Positions 58,048 to 64,000 of a stretch of 64,000 bases of DNA are shown here, piece after piece. Location of the stretch: assembly GCA_964019425.1 (NCBI GenBank), contig OZ025802.1, positions 620,001 to 684,000 of the forward strand, given 5' to 3'. Numbering within the stretch: the stretch's first letter is position 1; each line of letters starts with the position of its first letter. Both the position numbers and the translations under genes were made by a program. The notes below the pieces were generated by a model. It had not been told where the DNA came from. It saw only the letters and a program-made list of their open reading frames with translations, and searched no databases. The stretch comes from Flectonema sp. DT1601 (lineage: Eukaryota).

Positions 58048-58698
58048 CTACTGGAAGATCTTGTACAGTGGCATCTTCGGTGTGGCGTAGTAGGCCTTCA
58101 CAACTGGAATGCTGGCAATCTTCTTCTTGTGGGCCATGATGTTCTTGAAACCGTCGAGACAGGTGGCCGGCACTCCCTCCATTGATCTCAACGGCTGCAC
58201 AAAAGCGAACGCAGCGACGTCAGCCATAGTCAGGTGGTCGCCCACTGCGTATCCGCTCTTCGATTTCCCAAACTTTGCGTCCAACACCTTCAGCCACTTG
58301 TGTGAGTCGCCTCCCTCGGACACTGCCTTCGAGCGGACAGCATCCCTCTCAGCTCCCTCCGGCATCTTGTAAGAAGCAGAGATCGGTGCGAACATGTCTC
58401 CCAGCATGTCAACGAACTCGTCGACCTCCAGACACAGAAGAGCGTCCTCCGGATACAGCGCCTTTCCCTCGAACTTCGAAATCTTCGACACGTACCTCAA
58501 CTGTGCCAAGCTCTGTCCGAACACCTTGCCTCCGACATGCAAAAGTGGAAGCTGCTTTGGAGCCACCTCCGCCTTCATCTTTCCCCATTCCTCTCCAGCC
58601 AGTCTCTGGTCTTCAAACTTGATCCCTCCCAGGGTGAGCGCAAGTCTCATCGACTCAGCACGTCCCGGAATCGGAAAGTAGACAACCTTGATGGACAT
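58048..58698 (-). CDS. Glutathione S-transferase (sigma-like), copy B
   Basis: Near-identical tandem paralog of copy A, offset 1372 bp; ends LYKIFQ*. Confidence 0.9.
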   Translation of the reverse strand: MSIKVVYFPIPGRAESMRLALTLGGIKFEDQRLAGEEWGKMKAEVAPKQLPLLHVGGKVFGQSLAQLRYVSKISKFEGKALYPEDALLCLEVDEFVDMLGDMFAPISASYKMPEGAERDAVRSKAVSEGGDSHKWLKVLDAKFGKSKSGYAVGDHLTMADVAAFAFVQPLRSMEGVPATCLDGFKNIMAHKKKIASIPVVKAYYATPKMPLYKIFQ

Positions 58699-59005
58699 TG
58701 TTTGGTGTGAAGGTGTGGGTTCTTAGATGAAGTCACTGAGATGAGAGGGGAAAACTTGAGGGGAATAAGAAACAAAAGCACCGACACATAATAAACATCG
58801 TAGTTGATTGCATTTATTTGTAACATTTATTTAAAAAAATATATAAAAAATGTAAAATAATAAAAAAAAAAAACATAACGATAAAAATTTACTTGTAAAA
58901 GTACTACAAATATTAAGAAGGTGTTAACGAATATTCGAAACGTGTAAATAAGTACTGCTCGGTGTTTGTTATTTAAAAAAAAGATAAAGCGATTTTAAGT
59001 TGTCT

Positions 59006-60508
59006 CTATGAGAGCTTACTTCTCAAACGAATTATTTCTTCATCAAGGTGTTTTACATTTTCTCTCAATCTACAGTTTGCAGACAGAGTTTCTTCTAGTG
59101 CCTTGTTGAGAGTTCTCTTGTCGTTTGTTTTCTTATTTCTAAATAAACCTCCACTAGAAGTGATTGTTGGACTGGTTTGTGGAAGAGAGATGGCATTTCT
59201 AAAAGTCGAAATGTCCGACAATGAGAACTCTTCTATTATTGAAGTCTTAGTATCGTTATCATTTGTAATAGATGAGATTAGTGATTCTTGTTGACAAAGC
59301 ATCTTTTGAAGAGCAGAGTTAAGTTCTTCTGCTGCAGTCACTCGTTCAGACAGAAGGTGGTTCTCATGATTCAGGATATCATCAGTGACAGGCGATGAGT
59401 CCGTCGACGTGGACTCAGATTTTCCCGATCTAACTAAGTCTTGCAACTGCTTTATAAAATCATCTTTTTTTTTAATAACAATTTTTTTTTCAGTTTCCAA
59501 ATCTTGCAATTGCCTATCAACTTTAATTACTTCACTCTTAAGCAGCTCAGATTCACGTACTCCCGCTTGAAGCTCTTTTTGCAGCAATACATTAGCCACA
59601 GACAAGCTACGGCTTTTAACGTGAGACGTGAATTCCATTGAGCTATATAAAATATCTTTTACAATACCTTTGCAATAGCTGTAAGTCTGTTCTGTTTTTA
59701 ACGATGTGATTGTATTGTTTTGATCCGTTAGTTGTTTGTTTAGAGCCTTATGCTCAATTTTAAGTTCATCGTATGATTGTAATTGATGTGTTAGTGTCAT
59801 TATATGTTCTCTTTCGGAGTCTAACTGTTGTTGTTGTTGATTGACTCGGACTCGAACTTGACTGAGTTCGGCTTTTAACGGAGACATTTCCAATTCATAA
59901 TCCATGAAACCATCTTGTTTATGTGTTGCCGATACTAGTGATTCAGAAAGTTGTTGACATTGTTCTTGAAAAACTGATTTTTCAATAATTAAGGCTTGCA
60001 TTCCCTGTTGCAATGCAGTTATTTGTTGCTCAGCTTCCCAAAGGTTGTGTTCATGTGGTCCGAGTAAGCTTATTAACTTCTCACATTGTTCTTTGTAAGT
60101 AACCAGTTGCTCTTCGAGGTTTATTTTAACTGAACTCAGATTTTCATTTTCAATAGTCAAATTCTCAATAACCTCAGTTCTGGGGCTACCCGCCGTTTGA
60201 CTCTCTTCTTCTATTTTATTCCGAGAGTCTACAGCTGTAGGTACAATTGTTATACTAGTTTGTTGTGGTAATGATTGTTTTACGACTTCTTCATGTTTCT
60301 CTGAAGACTTTTTGAGGATGTTGCTGCAGCTGTTTATTGTATTAACCTGCCTCGGTAGTCTTGCTGCTTGTAAAAAACTAATTTGTTTGTTATTTGCAAT
60401 AGGCGCGGACGGGATTAGAACGTCGGTGCTTCTCGTTGTTTGACCATCCCACCGCCAATGTTCGTTTTCATCTTTTTTATCATCAATGCAGTCTGAGTTA
60501 GATTGCAT
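59006..60508 (-). CDS. Hypothetical coiled-coil protein (500 aa)
   Basis: Long heptad-rich ORF; TTTTTTTCAG acceptor upstream. Confidence 0.75.
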   Translation of the reverse strand: MQSNSDCIDDKKDENEHWRWDGQTTRSTDVLIPSAPIANNKQISFLQAARLPRQVNTINSCSNILKKSSEKHEEVVKQSLPQQTSITIVPTAVDSRNKIEEESQTAGSPRTEVIENLTIENENLSSVKINLEEQLVTYKEQCEKLISLLGPHEHNLWEAEQQITALQQGMQALIIEKSVFQEQCQQLSESLVSATHKQDGFMDYELEMSPLKAELSQVRVRVNQQQQQLDSEREHIMTLTHQLQSYDELKIEHKALNKQLTDQNNTITSLKTEQTYSYCKGIVKDILYSSMEFTSHVKSRSLSVANVLLQKELQAGVRESELLKSEVIKVDRQLQDLETEKKIVIKKKDDFIKQLQDLVRSGKSESTSTDSSPVTDDILNHENHLLSERVTAAEELNSALQKMLCQQESLISSITNDNDTKTSIIEEFSLSDISTFRNAISLPQTSPTITSSGGLFRNKKTNDKRTLNKALEETLSANCRLRENVKHLDEEIIRLRSKLS

Positions 60509-60825
60509 TGTTGTTGTTTTTCACTGAAAAAAATATCGAGATAGACAAGACAAAGTAGTGAAAAATAACCTTGCCTACTCGCCTGCCATTTCCAGAGCAC
60601 TGCTACAATCACATACTGGTTCGTCAATGTTATGAAAAAGAAAATATGAAGTTTTTTTTTTTTTTTTTTTTTAATCATCACAATAGTTTACTCTAAAAAA
60701 AATTGAATCTATGCAATAAATAATAATACAAAACACCGTTATTCCGTCACTTTTTTTTTTTTTTTTTTTTACTTTATGTGACAACAAGTGTTATTACAAC
60801 CATAAATACCTTAAAGATTAAATAC

Positions 60826-62346
60826 CTATTGGGGTAACGGATTGAATTGGTCGAATTGAGCTGCCTGGAGTGCGATTTGCCTTCGCAATCGCTGCATCTC
60901 TTCACGCATGATGGTATTTTCAGATTCTGTTTCGTTGTAGTTGTCTCGCAAGTCAGTAGCTTCTCTCGATAATTGCTGGTGTCGTTTCTCAAGAGCATCC
61001 TTCTCGCGGTAGAGTGTGGCTGCAACAGTCTGGGCCTGAATGAGTTCCTGCTTTTGAAGTCGAGTAAAAGGTGGTGGCTGTTGTCCCATTACAGCTCCCT
61101 CATCATAGTTGGCCTTATGACGCCAACGTTCACAGTCAGCTCGGAGTTGATTTAATTTTAATTTGAGTCTATCATTTGTATCTTTCAGAGATTTTGATTG
61201 TTCCTCAGCCTTTGCTAATCTCAACGGGTATTCTCTGGCTTCATCACGTTGACCATTCCATGAAGTTAACATCGTTTCAGCAGAGGTATGCATTTTTTTA
61301 AACACCAAAAACAACTCGGAAACTAACTCTCTCACTTGCTGAGATGTAAAAGGATGACTTGTTGGGTCCTCACTGAACTCAGGAATAGGAATGTCAGAGA
61401 GATCGTTTATACCAAGTTGGATTTGATGAAGTGGTGCAGAACTCAGAGTTGATAATGAGGACTCTACAAGTAGAGTCCTTTGAATTAAGTTTTTCAACAG
61501 AGGAATAGCCTGATATAAATTACGAGAATCCTCAATGACTCGTTGACGAGCTGCTGTTAAGTTGACAGCTAAGGCTCCGCGTTCATGAACGGCAGCCTTG
61601 TGTTCAGATTCTAATTCAGAAAGTTTTATAATTAACTGATGATGGTCTTCTTCCCAATTAGCAGCAGTCCGTTGAAGTGTTTGTTTTGCTTCTTCTCGTT
61701 CAGACTCGATTCGCTTGCATTCTGTTACACCTCTGTCGAGCCAGCCTTTTAAAGCAGTGTTAGAAGACTCCATTTCTCTACCTTGTGCTTCTGTTTGTTC
61801 AAGTTTTTGAACCGTGTCGTGAAGGTCTTGTCCAGTTCTAATGAAGTGATTATTTATTGTTTTCTTTTCTTCGTTGAATATTTGTTGTCTTCGTTCCATT
61901 TCATCTCTCAAATCCTGCGCTTCTTGTTTTAAGTCATGCTCTTTTTCAATCGCTTGTTGAATCTGAGCATCACGAACAAGTATTTCATCTCGCAACCGTT
62001 GCTGTTCTTTTGCTGCATTTCTTGCAGCAATCTCACCTTGTAACTGTTCTTGTTCTAGGTGTCTGTTGACACCTTGGAGTGATGCTTGTAGTTTGGTAAC
62101 TTGATTTTCTAATTCTACCTTTGCTTTTTCTATAGTAATATCATTTGTTACTTTGTTACGGATGGTACTGATCTCACTGTCAATATGAGAGAGTACTTTC
62201 AAATCCTTCTGTTGTCGATTATGAACAGCTAATGCTGCTTCAGATCCAACATGCTGAGGTTGCTGAAGACTCGGTGGTGGTGATGGAGGTCGGGCCTGGT
62301 GATGGTGATGTCCACCTGATGAATTAAACAACGGATCTGACGGCAT
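60826..62346 (-). CDS. Hypothetical coiled-coil protein (506 aa)
   Basis: Long E/Q/K/L-rich heptad ORF with a Pro/His-rich N-terminus. Confidence 0.75.
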   Translation of the reverse strand: MPSDPLFNSSGGHHHHQARPPSPPPSLQQPQHVGSEAALAVHNRQQKDLKVLSHIDSEISTIRNKVTNDITIEKAKVELENQVTKLQASLQGVNRHLEQEQLQGEIAARNAAKEQQRLRDEILVRDAQIQQAIEKEHDLKQEAQDLRDEMERRQQIFNEEKKTINNHFIRTGQDLHDTVQKLEQTEAQGREMESSNTALKGWLDRGVTECKRIESEREEAKQTLQRTAANWEEDHHQLIIKLSELESEHKAAVHERGALAVNLTAARQRVIEDSRNLYQAIPLLKNLIQRTLLVESSLSTLSSAPLHQIQLGINDLSDIPIPEFSEDPTSHPFTSQQVRELVSELFLVFKKMHTSAETMLTSWNGQRDEAREYPLRLAKAEEQSKSLKDTNDRLKLKLNQLRADCERWRHKANYDEGAVMGQQPPPFTRLQKQELIQAQTVAATLYREKDALEKRHQQLSREATDLRDNYNETESENTIMREEMQRLRRQIALQAAQFDQFNPLPQ

Positions 62347-62493
62347 CTTATGAAAAAACCATAACCTGGACTTGGGGATAATTTATTTACTATAAAAAAT
62401 TAAAACATACAAAAAAAAAAAAAAAAAAAGGTTTACTTTTTCCACAATAAAAAATAATCATCGCCATGAAATAACTGTTTAAAAAGCCATGTG

Positions 62494-62970
62494 TCACATG
62501 GATCCCAGAGCACTGAGAGCTGTTTTCATTTTTTTACTCTTCTGAGAAGGTTTCTTCTTTCTCTTATCATTTACAGGAACAGTCGTAGCAGATGGAGTGG
62601 CGACGTTTGTTTCAACTTTAGGCCGTTTGAGGTCTTTTTTATTAGATTCCAAAGGAAGTTTCGTCTTCTCGATAGTAGAAGATGGTGCTGACGGCACGGT
62701 GTTATTATTTTTTTCACTTCCCGCGACTGATGAATAAAGACCAGCTACAAGACTGAGCAAAACAGCGCAAAGCCTAACAGTTCTTCCCATCGCAACTTCT
62801 CTCATTAATGCCTTTCCGGCTTTTTGAAGTTCCTTTGCGCAGGTTTGATTACCAATTCTGTGCATACGTTCAGCCTTTGACGTCACTACAAAAAACTGAT
62901 GAGATCCATAAGCTGCTTTGTTTGCTGCTAAAGTCTTTTGTAGTAGTTCTGCGTCACGTGAAATGTTCAT
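62494..62970 (-). CDS. Hypothetical 158-aa protein with one central TM-like segment
   Basis: ATG ORF with hydrophobic LCAVLLSLVAGLYSSVAG and a basic C-terminus. Confidence 0.55.
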   Translation of the reverse strand: MNISRDAELLQKTLAANKAAYGSHQFFVVTSKAERMHRIGNQTCAKELQKAGKALMREVAMGRTVRLCAVLLSLVAGLYSSVAGSEKNNNTVPSAPSSTIEKTKLPLESNKKDLKRPKVETNVATPSATTVPVNDKRKKKPSQKSKKMKTALSALGSM

Positions 62971-63359
62971 ATCACCGACTGAGTCATTATTCTATCTGTA
63001 TGAGAAATGACTAAATTGACCAACACAATACGCACTCACTTACTTTAAAAGGACAATCTGAAAAACATGACGACATAAAATGTATAAGGGAAACAGTAAC
63101 AATACTTCCATTAAATAATAATAATAATTAACAAACGCGAAACAATATCTATGTGTAGATAAGAGTGCAGCAATGCCCCACTCCACCAGGAAATTGAAAA
63201 AAATTGAAAGAAGGGGAAAAAAAAAGAAAATAAACAACAAAGGAGTTAAATAATCATACAAACTCCCCTGCTAGAAAATCTAAAAGGAAATAACAACCAG
63301 CACCATCGAAAATGGTACTGTAGTGGACAGTACATAAAAAAAAGGTATATAAATAAATT

Positions 63360-64000
63360 TTAGTCAGCTGTTCTATCCTTTAGCTGTTGGACACGCTGGT
63401 GTAGTCGGCTTTCAGTTTCTGACGCCATTCTTCGTTTATCATCCATTGCCGTGTTTGAGGTAGCGAATGACGCGGATAAATGAGGAGTTGAGAAATCACA
63501 CTTACTACCACTATCTTGAATAGAGGCTAGTCGATCCCATTGTGACTCTATTTGTTTTAAATCATTCTTTAATCGAACCTGCTTAGCAGAATGCGCTGAT
63601 TTAAAAAATGAAACAGCTCGACTACCATCATCAGTCGTTGTTGTAGTCCTCTCCTTTGCTAACAACGTACTGAGTACGTCATGTGAAGGTCCAGGATAAG
63701 ACTGAGGAGGTACGTTGGCATTATTGCTAACGCTGTTTAGGAATTGTTGAGGATTGCGTTGAATTGATAAATACGTATTACGAAGTTTTCGATGAAGAAC
63801 ATCAAGTCCTCGTAACCTATCTTCTTCATCATTTGTATATGTTAGTTGTTGTTCTTCAACTTGTTCTGATAGCGCTCCAGATGTAAAGTTTCGATCAAAT
63901 TCGAGTGTGTCTGTTCGATCAACTGCAGTTGCTCTTCCCATCAAATGATCAACAGAGACATGAGCAATCCCAGGAGTGTGATTAACAGTTCGAAGTGGTG
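63360..64000 (-). CDS. Hypothetical protein, 5' end probably beyond the window
   Basis: Reading frame stays open from 63360 to the window edge. Confidence 0.65.
   Translation of the reverse strand, partial: PLRTVNHTPGIAHVSVDHLMGRATAVDRTDTLEFDRNFTSGALSEQVEEQQLTYTNDEEDRLRGLDVLHRKLRNTYLSIQRNPQQFLNSVSNNANVPPQSYPGPSHDVLSTLLAKERTTTTTDDGSRAVSFFKSAHSAKQVRLKNDLKQIESQWDRLASIQDSGSKCDFSTPHLSASFATSNTAMDDKRRMASETESRLHQRVQQLKDRTAD

Noticed and set aside
1..64000. tRNA, spliced-leader RNA or full rRNA genes
   Set aside because: None recognised by eye; tRNAscan-SE and Infernal would be needed to exclude them

Overview
AT-rich eukaryotic genomic DNA with many long poly(A)/poly(T) tracts. It is most likely a euglenozoan, probably a diplonemid: all ~24 credible genes lie on the minus strand, there are short GT-AG cis-introns and U-rich AG acceptors just before start codons, and an 18S fragment has the euglenozoan-type CTTGTTTCAAGGA. 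Recognisable genes are a frameshifted metE, RPN11, a MAP2K, an ankyrin + tyrosine-kinase-like pseudokinase, YccV-like, di-ubiquitin-like, kelch, DUF3223, UBL-LRR, PPR-like and glycosyltransferase genes, and two tandem GSTs, one with a new hydrophobic C-terminal tail. Two observations stand out. (1) A six-exon, 801-aa gene hidden in the ORF track fuses SAM-like, PARP-like, Cys-less B-box, coiled-coil and divergent Ran-like GTPase domains. (2) The nine inferred cis-introns have U-rich 5' ends and A-rich 3' ends, with no polypyrimidine tract apart from a short pyrimidine patch in two. Putative trans-splice acceptors are U/pyrimidine-rich, which suggests a sequence code separating cis- from trans-splicing. 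Gene-poor blocks carry a decayed piggyBac (TTAA TSD, 17-bp TIRs, and an empty site in the same window), a co-oriented SINE-like family, other dispersed and tandem repeats, and a 43-nt 18S rRNA 5' fragment upstream of metE. All calls were made by eye; no database searches were run.
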